DNA of 36,723 bases from an uncultured Oscillospiraceae bacterium (GCA_964486785.1 CAZAOL010000001.1:1-36723); one strand, 5' to 3'. Shown: positions 1 through 9,607, counted from the stretch's first letter. Translations and numbers: made by a program. Notes: generated by a model from the sequence alone, not told the origin.

Positions 1-283
1 GGAAAAGGTGGGGGTAGGACAGGTGGAAGGGCATATTCAATGCCACTTTCCAAGGGGACGCGCCGTTTTCCGTTATGTAGCAGCAACCGATTACGCCCCG
101 GCGCAGTACCCGGTCATATAATTCCGCAAAGACCCAAGTTTTTCCGCCTTCCTCAAAAAGATGAGGGTCTGCAGCCCAGTACCGCCATGTGTTGGGAATC
201 ACCCGAAAAGGCGTTGCGGTATTTTCGGGAAGGGTCTTTTCGCCACGGGGGCGGTAGGCAATGGTCCAAAATTCGTGTTTCAT
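1..283 (-). CDS. Partial CDS running off the window edge; GINT1 N-terminal-like (beta-propeller) protein of polysaccharide loci
   Basis: Not in the ORF track. ATG at 283 follows the RBS AAGAGG just after the GT2 stop. Manual translation is open to position 1: MKHEFWTIAYRPRGEK...WRYWAADPHLFEEGGKTWVFAELYDRVLRRGVIGCC...MPFHLSYPHLF, with ADPxLF and HLSYP motifs. Confidence 0.7.
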   Translation of the reverse strand, partial: MKHEFWTIAYRPRGEKTLPENTATPFRVIPNTWRYWAADPHLFEEGGKTWVFAELYDRVLRRGVIGCCYITENGASPWKVALNMPFHLSYPHLF

Positions 284-284
284 A

Positions 285-1241
285 TCAGCAACCTCTTTTA
301 AGCCGAATCAATGCGCGGTATATGCCAAAGGGCAAGTATGTAAGCGCAATGAAACGAATCTGCTCCTGCTTGCTGTCAAATGGGATAGAACGGAACAGCT
401 TGCGTTCCAACTTTATCTGTGCACGCAATTGCTGAATTTCTTCGGTAAAATCCACGTCAGATAACGCAATCTCCGTTAAAGACCACAGGAGGCTTCCCCG
501 ATACCGCTGGGCGGCGTAGCTCTCTAATTCAGGATGCTTATCCCGGATATATTCCAAATTATCCTTGCAATGCCGCATCCATGCCAGTTTTTTGCGGGAA
601 AAGCCGGTGGTGGTGATACTTTCCTCCCGGCATCGGTAGTGATAGACGATCTTGTCCGTCTTGACTACCTGTTGGCAGCGTTCCAGCAGGTGCAGCACAA
701 TGGCTTCATCCTCATTGATCTCTCCACAGGGGAACAGGATTCCCTCGTGAAGCTCTTTGCGGTACAGCCGTGCCCAAGCGGCGCAGCCGTTATAGAACAT
801 ATCCCCCATAGCCTCTGTCTTGGAAAGCACATGGGAGGAAAAGGTGGAATCGTCCGGCATAACGGGGGCGTTTTCGAACCGGGCGTTGGCTCCAATCACC
901 AAAGGTGCATCCTTCTCCAACGCCAGACGCAGAAGGACTTCCACAGCGTCGGCAGGGAGCAGATCGTCGCTGTCTACAAACATCAGAAACTCGCCGGTGG
1001 CGATGGACATACCGGCGTTCCGGGCATCGGACAGACCGCCGTTTTCCTTGTGAATGACCGTGATTCGGGGATCAAGCCTTCCGTAACCGTCGCAAAGCTC
1101 TCCACAGCGGTCGGGAGAGCCGTCATCTACAAGGATGATCTGAAGCGCGCGATGAGTTTGGTTCAGAATGGACTCTACGCACGCAGGCAGATATTCCTCT
1201 ACTTTGTAAATCGGTACGATGATACTTACAAGCTGCTCCAT
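285..1241 (-). CDS. Family 2 glycosyltransferase (EpsJ-like)
   Basis: VSIIVPIYKVEEYL, LVDDGSPD, HKENGGLSDARN and FVDSDD (DxD) GT-A motifs. Confidence 0.93.
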   Translation of the reverse strand: MEQLVSIIVPIYKVEEYLPACVESILNQTHRALQIILVDDGSPDRCGELCDGYGRLDPRITVIHKENGGLSDARNAGMSIATGEFLMFVDSDDLLPADAVEVLLRLALEKDAPLVIGANARFENAPVMPDDSTFSSHVLSKTEAMGDMFYNGCAAWARLYRKELHEGILFPCGEINEDEAIVLHLLERCQQVVKTDKIVYHYRCREESITTTGFSRKKLAWMRHCKDNLEYIRDKHPELESYAAQRYRGSLLWSLTEIALSDVDFTEEIQQLRAQIKLERKLFRSIPFDSKQEQIRFIALTYLPFGIYRALIRLKRGC

Positions 1242-2303
1242 TCAAATCTCCTTGAGCAGGCGTTGCCATTGTTGGGTAATGGCTTCGCTTGCGTACTGTT
1301 CCAGTCCGTTGACGGATACGTGTGACATTTTCTCACGCAGGTGGACATCGTCCATCAGCGCAGCCAGCTTATCTGCCATAGCGTCCAAGTCAAAGGGTTC
1401 GATCAGATAGCCGTTCACGCCATTGGCAATGATGTCGCTGGGGCCGGTCATGATGTCGAAGGCAATCAGGGGAAGTCCCCAGCCCTTGCCCTCCAAAAGA
1501 GTCATAGGCAACCCTTCCATGTCGGAGGTCAAAACCTGAATGGCGGCGGCTTGGTATTGGGCATCCATATCCCGGGTCAATCCGGGCAGCAGAATCTGGG
1601 CTTCCAAGCCCGCTTCCCGGATGGCGGTTTCCAGCCGTGCCCGTTCCGGCCCTTCGCCGCAGATTACCCATTTCCAGTCGGGACGGGCGGGAAGGATTTT
1701 CTTTCCAATCTCCACCACCCGGTGATAGCCCTTGTTCTCCAACAGATGCCCCACCGAAAGAATCGTTCGGGAGGAAAGATTATAGGGATGGTCATGGCGG
1801 ACGGCGGGATTGCCAATCACGGTGATAGGAGCATGATTTTTGATGTTTTGGTGGTAATTTTGTCTGTCCTTTTCGGTCAGCAGCACCACCGTGTCACTTT
1901 TTTTAGCGGCGTAGCGGCGCAGATGGGGGAACAGTCGAGAACCCCAGTTGTTATAATAATTACCGTGCTCCCATGTGATGACCCGGGCAGATGTGCCCTT
2001 GGCGGCGAGGATGCCGTAAAACCCCATGCCCATGTCTACATTGACGACACGGTCAATTTGGTTACTCTTTAAATAGTTATGAATCCAACGAATCTGCTTA
2101 AGAATCCCCAGCTTGCCGGGGGAGGGAGGGACCACTTCATGGGTTACCTTTGGCTGCAGGGAATAAAAAACATTTCCCTTTTCAAGCCGAAGGCTGAGCA
2201 TATGTACCTCATGGGTGGGGCAAAGGGCGTTGGCAAGCCACGCCGCCATCCGCTCCGTGCCGCCGCAGCGGGACATATCTCCTTCCAAAATGCAGATTCG
2301 CAT
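1242..2303 (-). CDS. Family 4 glycosyltransferase (AmsD-like)
   Basis: GGTER N-terminal motif, ILSVGHLLENKG, EGLPMTLLE (EX7E); RBS AGGAG upstream. Confidence 0.92.
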   Translation of the reverse strand: MRICILEGDMSRCGGTERMAAWLANALCPTHEVHMLSLRLEKGNVFYSLQPKVTHEVVPPSPGKLGILKQIRWIHNYLKSNQIDRVVNVDMGMGFYGILAAKGTSARVITWEHGNYYNNWGSRLFPHLRRYAAKKSDTVVLLTEKDRQNYHQNIKNHAPITVIGNPAVRHDHPYNLSSRTILSVGHLLENKGYHRVVEIGKKILPARPDWKWVICGEGPERARLETAIREAGLEAQILLPGLTRDMDAQYQAAAIQVLTSDMEGLPMTLLEGKGWGLPLIAFDIMTGPSDIIANGVNGYLIEPFDLDAMADKLAALMDDVHLREKMSHVSVNGLEQYASEAITQQWQRLLKEI

Positions 2304-2313
2304 AATTTTCTCC

Positions 2314-3426
2314 TTACAGAGCGTCCAGCATTTCCTCCACTGCCCGCACGGTTTCCGTCCGGCTGAAGAAGCTGCCCCGCTCCTTTGCTTTTTCCTTGTA
2401 GTGGGCCAGCAGCTCCGGGTCGGACAGAATCTTCTTCATGCCCTGATAGATCCCCTCGGTGCTGTTTTCCACCACAAGCCCGTATTCATTGCTTTCGCCT
2501 AAAAGCTCTTTCGCGCCGGAGCAGTCGGTGCTGACCACCGGCGTACCTACCACCAGCGACTCGGTTACCGCGGTGGAGAAGCCCTCCCGCCGGGAGGAGC
2601 AGACATACAGGTCACACCGGGAAACATAGGAATAGGGATTCTTCTTAAATCCCAGCAGCACAAAGGAATCCTGAAGTCCGTGAAGCTGGATTTGCCGCTC
2701 CAGCTCCCGCTGCTCCTCTCCAATGCCGAGAATATATACCCGGTGCTTAATTCCTTCGTCAAGGAGCTGCCTGTGAACTTTGAGCAGCCGATCAAAGCCC
2801 TTGGTCTTCATCAGCTTTGCCACAGAGCAAACACAGGGAATATCCCGCAAAAAGCGGGGGTCATCCGCAGGCTCGGAGGCAGTGTCTTGAATCTGTTCGG
2901 TTTCGTTGGTGTTATATAGAATCTCAATAGGAAGGTCAATCCCCAAATTCTCAAGGAAGCAGCTTTTTACATTTTTAGATACCGCCACTACTTTGTCAAA
3001 GGCGGAATAGGCTTTTCGCGCTTCTTTTACATTTCGGAAGCCAAGTGCCGCCAGCCTTGGAGTGTTCAGCTCAATGTGCAGCCATGCAATACGTGTGGTA
3101 TCCGGGTCGGTGCAGCCGCTGAGAATTCGCGTGGTAGGCCCTTCTAAATAGGATACCGCTACATCGTAATGCTCTTTTGCCAACCGCTTCCACAGCAGCT
3201 TAACGGGAAAGAGTTGAAAAAATTGATTGTTTCCCCGAAAATCCCGCTTGAAAACAGACCGATAATGAATATGTGGCTTCAAATTTGCCTTATTCACACC
3301 TACATCGAAAAGGGTCTGCACGGTGATGTCATATTTTTGTGGGTCTAAATTGTTCACCAGATTTACCAGCACCTTTTCCGCACCGCCGTGCTTCAGGGTG
3401 GGAATCAAAAATAACAGCTTCTTCAT
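2314..3426 (-). CDS. Family 4 glycosyltransferase
   Basis: GGAEKVL, KGFDRLL, GFKKNPY and EGFSTAVTE (EX7E) motifs. Confidence 0.92.
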   Translation of the reverse strand: MKKLLFLIPTLKHGGAEKVLVNLVNNLDPQKYDITVQTLFDVGVNKANLKPHIHYRSVFKRDFRGNNQFFQLFPVKLLWKRLAKEHYDVAVSYLEGPTTRILSGCTDPDTTRIAWLHIELNTPRLAALGFRNVKEARKAYSAFDKVVAVSKNVKSCFLENLGIDLPIEILYNTNETEQIQDTASEPADDPRFLRDIPCVCSVAKLMKTKGFDRLLKVHRQLLDEGIKHRVYILGIGEEQRELERQIQLHGLQDSFVLLGFKKNPYSYVSRCDLYVCSSRREGFSTAVTESLVVGTPVVSTDCSGAKELLGESNEYGLVVENSTEGIYQGMKKILSDPELLAHYKEKAKERGSFFSRTETVRAVEEMLDAL

Positions 3427-3429
3427 AAA

Positions 3430-4545
3430 TCACCCGAAAAGATTCGACAAATACGTCCACAGTGACATCTGGGTATAGCTAGAGTCAAAGGGACGGATAA
3501 TGCCGTTTTCATAATAGAAGTACACAGTATAGCCTGCAATACATAACGGAATCAGCCAGCGCCGGTCCTGAGCATGAGCACTGCGAATCATCCATGGCAG
3601 GGTCACCACCTGCGCCGGAAGGAAATAGTTGGCAAGTCTGGCAAAATAATTGGCAGTACCAAACAGACCCACAAACATAATGAGCGCATTGACCATGGCA
3701 AGATTGAACATCAAATGCTCGGATCTGGAGGCTTTTTGGAACAGCTCTCCGCCAAAGAAAACACCCAAGCCCAGCGGAACAAAGCACACGGCAACCCGGA
3801 AAATGTTAACGCCCTCGCCCAGCATTTCCTCGGCGGAATATTCCGCACCCATCATGGTGGTGATGTCCAGTACCGGGCCGATAAGCATATCCATGGCGAA
3901 GCCTGCGGTCACAAACAATGCGATATACAGCAGTGTTTTTCCCTTCCATGGCTCGAACATCATTAGCGGCACAATAAAATAGACAATGGCGTAGGGGTGG
4001 AACATACTTGCTAAAATGGTTATCAAGGAAAAGCGAATCCAGTTTCTATCTAAGGCGTAGGGTAGTGCCGTCAGACAGATACCGATGGCAAGGCTCTGCT
4101 TGATGGCCGCCATGGAGAAGGTGTAAAAGCCGGTGGCAAACATCAAAAAGATGCCCCAGACCATATTACAGGAATATCGGCGTACGAACTGGACATAGGG
4201 GATAACAGTGAGAAAAGCGAAAATCATCAAATAGTCCTGAGAGGAAAAGCCGCAGCTTTTAATCAGGCACGTCAGAATGTTGTACCCGATGCCGTCAGAG
4301 AACTTCCAATCGAAGGTTTCCCAAAACTTTTCCCATGAGGGCATTTGGTCAAACATTTGCCGATAGGTAACGGTATCATTGCCCCATATGCGTAGACCGC
4401 AGAAGAAGCCCATGGAGATAATCAAGATCCAAGTGACCAGCTTCTCCTTGCTTTGGTAGCCTAAGTGACGCCGGACCGCATCCCGATATTCAATTACGAG
4501 AGCGAGCACCAGAGAGATGCCCAGCATCAGCCATAGTCTAGTCAA
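3430..4545 (-). CDS. EpsG-family polysaccharide polymerase (Wzy-like)
   Basis: Multi-TM protein with GLRIWGNDTVTY, KQSLAIGI, ASMFH and FARLANYF motifs typical of EpsG; TTG start with GGAGG RBS at 4555-4559. Confidence 0.85.
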   Translation of the reverse strand: MTRLWLMLGISLVLALVIEYRDAVRRHLGYQSKEKLVTWILIISMGFFCGLRIWGNDTVTYRQMFDQMPSWEKFWETFDWKFSDGIGYNILTCLIKSCGFSSQDYLMIFAFLTVIPYVQFVRRYSCNMVWGIFLMFATGFYTFSMAAIKQSLAIGICLTALPYALDRNWIRFSLITILASMFHPYAIVYFIVPLMMFEPWKGKTLLYIALFVTAGFAMDMLIGPVLDITTMMGAEYSAEEMLGEGVNIFRVAVCFVPLGLGVFFGGELFQKASRSEHLMFNLAMVNALIMFVGLFGTANYFARLANYFLPAQVVTLPWMIRSAHAQDRRWLIPLCIAGYTVYFYYENGIIRPFDSSYTQMSLWTYLSNLFG

Positions 4546-4572
4546 TTGCGTATGCCTCCATTATTGTATGAA

Positions 4573-5382
4573 TCAGGAATGTGCCATCTTTCTGCGGTGC
4601 AGGAACAGATAGAGCGGCTTGGGCAGAAGCCCAACCAAAATCGGGCGAATACTGTATAGATATTTCCATTTGGGAAGATTAAGCGTTTTCACCGCCAAGC
4701 GGGAAACATGGGCTTCGTTAAGCCGGTATTTGAATTTACGGCGGCCTGCGGCATTGCGGTCGTCCCGCATTTTATAAAGCACGTCGGGAAGATTTCTTCC
4801 CCGGCCGCCGGCTGCGTACAGCTTCAGCCACAGATGCCAGTCCTCTACCCGCAGCAGCCGCTTGTCCACGCTGTAGCCGCCCACACCCCGGATGGCTTCC
4901 GTCCGTGCCATACAGGGAGCGTGACAGTGGACCGTGCCGTGCACCAGCAGGGCAGGATCGGGGTAAGGCGGCAGAGGAGAGGTTTTGGTATATTCGCCAT
5001 GCTCGTCAAAATAGGACATGGCGCAGCTTACCACCGACAGATCTGGGTCTGCCAACAGCACCGCCAGCTCCGTCTCAAACCGCTCCGGCACAGACAGGTC
5101 ATCCCCGTCCATGCGGGCAATAAATTCTCCGGTGGCGGCATCCAGACAACGGTTTAGCGTAAAATTCAGCCCCATGTTTTGCTGGTTTTTCAGCAAAACG
5201 ATTTTGTCAGGGTGCGTGGAGCGGTAGCTTTCGGCTACGGCATAGGTGTCATCCCGGGAGCCGTCGTCGCAGAGGATCAGCTCCCAGTTGGGATAGGTTT
5301 GAGCGAGAATAGAGTCTATTGCGGCCGGGAGGGTGGGCGCACAGTTGTAAATGCCCATCAGCACGGAGATCTTAGGTGTCAT
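4573..5382 (-). CDS. Family 2 glycosyltransferase (EpsE-like)
   Basis: ISVLMGIYN, CDDGSRD, ARMDGDD and VEDWHLW motifs. Confidence 0.92.
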   Translation of the reverse strand: MTPKISVLMGIYNCAPTLPAAIDSILAQTYPNWELILCDDGSRDDTYAVAESYRSTHPDKIVLLKNQQNMGLNFTLNRCLDAATGEFIARMDGDDLSVPERFETELAVLLADPDLSVVSCAMSYFDEHGEYTKTSPLPPYPDPALLVHGTVHCHAPCMARTEAIRGVGGYSVDKRLLRVEDWHLWLKLYAAGGRGRNLPDVLYKMRDDRNAAGRRKFKYRLNEAHVSRLAVKTLNLPKWKYLYSIRPILVGLLPKPLYLFLHRRKMAHS

Positions 5383-5384
5383 TT

Positions 5385-5885
5385 CTATAGTTCCCTCCTG
5401 ATGATGCGGGGCTTTTCCATGACCACGGTAGCTCCCGCGGGAATGTCCTCTGTGACGATGCAGCCTGCGCCAATCTTCGCGCCGTCGCCAACGGTGATTG
5501 CGCCAATCAGCTTCGCGCCTGCGCCGATCATAACATGGTCGCCAATGGTGGGCGCGCCGTCCTTGCCTTCCCCGATGGTCACCTGATGGAAAATGGTGCA
5601 GCCCTTGCCGATGACCGCGTTGTGGGAAACGATGATGCCGTTGAGCCCGTGGGGAAGATGGGGCGGCTCGGCGAATTTCGCGCCAAAGCCCCGGTGCGTG
5701 CCCATGGAGGCATTATTGAAAGCGTCGGCACGCTTGATATAGTACAGCCGCCACAGATCTCCCAGTCGGGAACCCTTATGCGGGTCGATGACGGTTTGCC
5801 GGTAACGCCAGTATTTTTCGTGCTGATACCGTTGCACCGCGCCCCGCAGCAGCCGCTCCGGCAGGGAAAGCGTTACATCACCCAT
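5385..5885 (-). CDS. Hexapeptide-repeat O-acetyltransferase (serine acetyltransferase/WcaB-like)
   Basis: LPHGLNGIIV, IFHQVTIG, PTIGDHVMIGAGAKLIG left-handed beta-helix repeats. Confidence 0.85.
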   Translation of the reverse strand: MGDVTLSLPERLLRGAVQRYQHEKYWRYRQTVIDPHKGSRLGDLWRLYYIKRADAFNNASMGTHRGFGAKFAEPPHLPHGLNGIIVSHNAVIGKGCTIFHQVTIGEGKDGAPTIGDHVMIGAGAKLIGAITVGDGAKIGAGCIVTEDIPAGATVVMEKPRIIRREL

Positions 5886-5900
5886 GGCGACGCTCCTTTC

Positions 5901-6977
5901 TTATAGCTCTAATGCGTCCAAGGTGGCTTGGACGACTTTTTGTTTATCAAATACTTCCTCCATGTGCCGGCGGGCGGAGAGGCCCATGGATTTTTGGGAT
6001 TCTAAGGGAATTGAGAGAAAATGCTTCATGGCATGGTACAGGCTTTCTGTGTCTTGCGGTTTACATAATATTCCGGAGGACTCCGTGACCGCTTCCCGGC
6101 AGCCGGGGATGTCGCTGGTGATCAGAGGGCGGCACATGGCGGCGCACTCCAGATTGGTGTTGGCCATGCCCTCATGGTAGGACGGCAGTACAAAGCAGTG
6201 CGCCTTTTCGATGAAGGGGCGTACATCGCTCTGATAGCCGTGGTAGTTCAGCCATCCCTGCGCCTGACCCTGCTGGATTTTTTGGGCATAGTCCTCCTCG
6301 TGAAGCCCAAGCACATCCAGACAGCAGCCGCAGCCCTCGCTGTGCAGCCGCTCCATGGCGGCAAACAGCTCCTCGATGCCCTTTTCCTTCATCACCCGAC
6401 CCACAAAGAGGAAATGAACGGGGCCGGTTTCGGGATAGGGCGCGGGAGTATAGTGCCGCAGGTTCACGCCCGCGCCGCTGAGCAGGCAGCATTTTTCCGC
6501 CGGGACGATTTTTTCGTCAATGAAGATCTGGCGGTTGTGGCTGTTTTCAAAGAAAACCACCTTTGCCTTTTTCAGCGCGATCTTATAAAGGAATACCACA
6601 AAGCCGCGCAGCAGCCCTTTTTTCTGAAAGGCCGTGCCCAAGCCGGTGATATTGACGGCGTAAGGGATTTTTGCCATGCGGCAGGCAAGCCCGCCGTAGA
6701 TATTGGGCTTGATGGTATAGGTGACCACCAGATCTGGCTGCTGTGCCTTCAGCATTTTGCGGTAGTGCAGCAGCAGCTTCAAATCAGTCTTGGGGTTGAT
6801 GCCCCGGCGGTCTACGGGAGTGTCAAGAAACTGGCAGCCTGCCTCTTTCAAAGGCTCTACCAGCTTTCCGTAGGGCAATGACAGCAACACATGGTGCTTT
6901 TCCAGCAGCGCGTGGATCAGCTCCCGGCGGAATTGATATAGCCCTACGTCGTAATTGGCAAGCAGCAGGATCTTCAT
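5901..6977 (-). CDS. Family 4 glycosyltransferase (PglA/CapM-like)
   Basis: Start re-called to ATG 6977 (MKILLLANYD), which overlaps the upstream stop as ATGA. TYTIKPNIYG, ITGLG, GAGVNL, EKGIEEL and EGMANTNLE motifs. Confidence 0.9.
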   Translation of the reverse strand: MKILLLANYDVGLYQFRRELIHALLEKHHVLLSLPYGKLVEPLKEAGCQFLDTPVDRRGINPKTDLKLLLHYRKMLKAQQPDLVVTYTIKPNIYGGLACRMAKIPYAVNITGLGTAFQKKGLLRGFVVFLYKIALKKAKVVFFENSHNRQIFIDEKIVPAEKCCLLSGAGVNLRHYTPAPYPETGPVHFLFVGRVMKEKGIEELFAAMERLHSEGCGCCLDVLGLHEEDYAQKIQQGQAQGWLNYHGYQSDVRPFIEKAHCFVLPSYHEGMANTNLECAAMCRPLITSDIPGCREAVTESSGILCKPQDTESLYHAMKHFLSIPLESQKSMGLSARRHMEEVFDKQKVVQATLDALEL

Positions 6978-7582
6978 GGCAATCTCCTTGCGGGGATGCC
7001 CACGTATGTACCCCGCTGCCGGATCTCTCTCACTGCCACCGCGCCCGCGCCCAGCATACAGTCCGCGCAGATGCTCACGCCGTTGCTTACGGTGGCACCG
7101 ATGCCGATCCATGCCCGCTCGCCCACGGTGGCGTTGCCACCCAGCTTCGCGCCGACGCTGATGTGGGCGAAGCTGCCGATGCGGTTGTCGTGCTCCACCA
7201 CGGCGGCGGTGTTGATGATGCAATGCTCACCGATCTGCGCGCCGGGATTGATGCAGGCATTGGCGGCTACCACTGTGCCCTCACCGACGGTCACGCCCAG
7301 CGGGGAGATCACCGCGGAGGGGTGGATGGCGGTATACCAGCGAACCCCCGCAAGCTGCCGCGCCAGACGCTGCCGCACCTGCGCGCTGCCGATGCCGATG
7401 ATAAAGCTGGCATCGGGATAGGCGGAAAAATCGGAAACCGCACCCAGAACCGGGATGCCGTACGCGCCCTCGGCGTTGGGACTGTCATCCAAAAAGCCCA
7501 GCACCCGGTCGCCCCGGAGCAGCGTGATGTCCGCCACCACACGGGCGTGTCCGCCGGCGCCGATAATAATTACCTTTTCCAT
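6974..7582 (-). CDS. PglD/EpsM/NeuD-like sugar N-acetyltransferase
   Basis: IIGAGGHARVV N-terminus, AIHPSAVIS, IINTAAVVEHD catalytic motif, YVGIPAR C-terminus. Confidence 0.9.
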   Translation of the reverse strand: MEKVIIIGAGGHARVVADITLLRGDRVLGFLDDSPNAEGAYGIPVLGAVSDFSAYPDASFIIGIGSAQVRQRLARQLAGVRWYTAIHPSAVISPLGVTVGEGTVVAANACINPGAQIGEHCIINTAAVVEHDNRIGSFAHISVGAKLGGNATVGERAWIGIGATVSNGVSICADCMLGAGAVAVREIRQRGTYVGIPARRLP

Positions 7583-7583
7583 A

Positions 7584-8204
7584 TCAAACCTCCTGCTGCT
7601 GGGGCGTTCCCCGGAATTCCTCCATGGTTGCAGAGGTGTCGGAGGAGATGCCCTCCCGTTTGAAAATCTTTCCCACGGTGGTGAAGATGACCTTCAGATC
7701 CATGGCAAAGCTGAGGTTGTCCACATATTCCACGTCCAGCCGGAATTTTTCCTCCCAGCGAATGGCGTTGCGGCCGTTGACCTGCGCCCAGCCAGTCAGA
7801 CCGGGACGGACGCTGTGCCGTCTGCGCTGCTCCTCATTGTAAAGAGGCAGGTATTTCACCAGCAGAGGACGGGGGCCTACAACGGACATTTGCCCCAGCA
7901 GAATGTTGATCAGCTCAGGCAGCTCGTCCAAGGAGGTAGAGCGCAGCAGCTTCCCGTAGCGGTTCAGCCGCCGCTCATCCGGCAGCAGGTTTCCATCCGC
8001 GTCCTTCTGGCAGGTCATGGTGCGGAATTTGATCAGCCGGAACAGCTTTTCGTCCTTGCCCGGGCGAATCTGCGTGAAGAAGGGGTTGCCCCGCATCATT
8101 ACCGCTCCCAGCACAGTCAGGATCAGCAGCACGGGGCTGAGGACTGCCAGCGCGGCCAGGGACAGGACAAAGTCCAGAAGGCGTTTTATGCAGTTTTTGT
8201 ACAT
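7584..8204 (-). CDS. Priming phosphoglycosyl transferase (PglC/EpsL-like sugar transferase)
   Basis: Start re-called to ATG 8204 after GGAGG (MYKNCIKRLLD). KFRTM, LRSTSLDELP, GPRP and [14 protein letters not shown] motifs. Confidence 0.93.
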   Translation of the reverse strand: MYKNCIKRLLDFVLSLAALAVLSPVLLILTVLGAVMMRGNPFFTQIRPGKDEKLFRLIKFRTMTCQKDADGNLLPDERRLNRYGKLLRSTSLDELPELINILLGQMSVVGPRPLLVKYLPLYNEEQRRRHSVRPGLTGWAQVNGRNAIRWEEKFRLDVEYVDNLSFAMDLKVIFTTVGKIFKREGISSDTSATMEEFRGTPQQQEV

Positions 8205-8228
8205 AATCGCGCCTCCGTTTCGAAAATA

Positions 8229-8259
8229 CAAAATGATGGTGTCCGCTCCGCGGACGGAT
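8229..8259. repeat. Dispersed 31-bp repeat, copy 1 (CAAAATGATGGTGTCCGCT..GCGGA.GGAT)
   Basis: 28/31 identical to 18845-18875; contains the hairpin GTCCGC-TCC-GCGGAC. Confidence 0.7.
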
Positions 8260-8261
8260 AT

Positions 8262-8287
8262 GGGACGATGTGGGCATCGTCCCCTAC
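8262..8287 (-). repeat. GTAG-tagged REP-like palindrome
   Basis: Minus strand reads GTAG-GGGACGATG-CCCA-CATCGTCCC, a perfect 9-bp stem. Confidence 0.75.
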
Positions 8288-8335
8288 GGGTGTGTTTTGC
8301 CAGCCCCCTCTTAAAAGCGGGGGCCGAGGGCACGG

Positions 8336-8470
8336 CAATGTCATTAAGTTAAGAAAGCCCTTGTCATTCTGAGCCTGCGTCAGCAGGCGTGAGAATCCGT
8401 TTGAAAAGGGTATTACGGATTGCCACGCACCTTCGGTGCTCGCAATGACATCCTAAACTTAATGACATTG
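8336..8470. mobile_element. 135-bp MITE-like non-autonomous element with TIRs and 11-bp target-site duplication
   Basis: TIR CAATGTCATTAAGTT at 8336-8350 and its perfect reverse complement at 8456-8470 (18/20 when extended). Direct repeat CGAGGGCACGG at 8325-8335 and 8471-8481. No transposase ORF inside. Confidence 0.85.
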
Positions 8471-8485
8471 CGAGGGCACGGGGGG

Positions 8486-9607
8486 TTATTTTTCGAAGAA
8501 GGAACGGACGGCGGTGATAACCCGATCCTGCTCCTCGGGGGTCATCTTAATGTCCGAGGGCAGGCAAAGTCCCCGGGCGAAAATGTCTTCATCCACACAT
8601 TCGTTTCCGGCGGTGATGAAATCGTGTCCGGCGAAAACGGGTTGCAGGTGCATGGGCTTCCAAATGGGACGGGACTCTATGTTTTGCTCCTTCAGCAGCG
8701 ACATCAGTGCCATAGAATCGCCCGCGCCGGAGTCGATAAGCAGACAGCTCAGCCAGAAATTGGGCTGGGTGTCGGGTAAGTAAGGATTCATGGTTACGGG
8801 CAGATCCCGGAACGCTTCCTGATAACGCCGGTAAATGTCCGCCTTTTTTTGGTGGTGCTCATCCAAATGCAGGAGCTGCCCCCGTCCGATGCCGGCGACT
8901 ACGTTGGACATCCGGTAGTTGTAGCCGATCATCTCATGCTGATACCAAGGGGCGGGCTCCCGCGCCTGTGTTGCCAGCTTAAAGGCAAGGGCACGGTCTT
9001 CGGCACTGCGGGTCAGCAGCATGCCGCCGCCGGAGGTGGTGATGATCTTGTTTCCGTTGAAGCTGAGGATGCCGTAGTCGCCGAAGGTGCCGCATTGCCG
9101 TCCCCGGTAGGTGGCGGACAGGGCTTCTGCCGCGTCCTCGATCAGCACCGCGTTGTGACGGCGGCAGATCTCAGCGATCTCATCCACCTTGGCAGGCGTT
9201 CCGTACAGATGCACAAGGGACACCGCCTTGGCGTGGGGATATTTCTCAAAAGCACGCTCCAAGGCTGCCGGATCCATATTCCAGCTATCCCGCTCCGAGT
9301 CTATGAAAACCTGCACACCGCCCTCATAGGACACGGGATTGACGGTGGCGGCGAAGGTCATATCGGAGCAAAGCACCACATCGCCCCGCTTTACCCCGGC
9401 CAGCTTCACCGCCAAATGCAGAGCGGCTGTGCCGGAGCAGAGCGCGAGCCCCAGCAAATCTCCGCCGAGATAGCCACACAGCTCCTGCTCAAAGCCGTCG
9501 CAGTTGAAGCCCAACGGCGCGATCCAGTTTCGGTCGAATGCCTCCTGTACGAAGCTGATTTCTTCAGAATGCATGGTGGGAGTAGCCAAAGGAATTTTGT
9601 TATTCAT
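8486..9607 (-). CDS. DegT/DnrJ/EryC1/StrS PLP aminotransferase (PglE/EpsN-like)
   Basis: SGTAALHLA, TFAATVNP, IEDAAEAL, SFNGNKIITTSGGG (PLP lysine), GYNYRMSN and GLCLPS motifs. Confidence 0.93.
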   Translation of the reverse strand: MNNKIPLATPTMHSEEISFVQEAFDRNWIAPLGFNCDGFEQELCGYLGGDLLGLALCSGTAALHLAVKLAGVKRGDVVLCSDMTFAATVNPVSYEGGVQVFIDSERDSWNMDPAALERAFEKYPHAKAVSLVHLYGTPAKVDEIAEICRRHNAVLIEDAAEALSATYRGRQCGTFGDYGILSFNGNKIITTSGGGMLLTRSAEDRALAFKLATQAREPAPWYQHEMIGYNYRMSNVVAGIGRGQLLHLDEHHQKKADIYRRYQEAFRDLPVTMNPYLPDTQPNFWLSCLLIDSGAGDSMALMSLLKEQNIESRPIWKPMHLQPVFAGHDFITAGNECVDEDIFARGLCLPSDIKMTPEEQDRVITAVRSFFEK

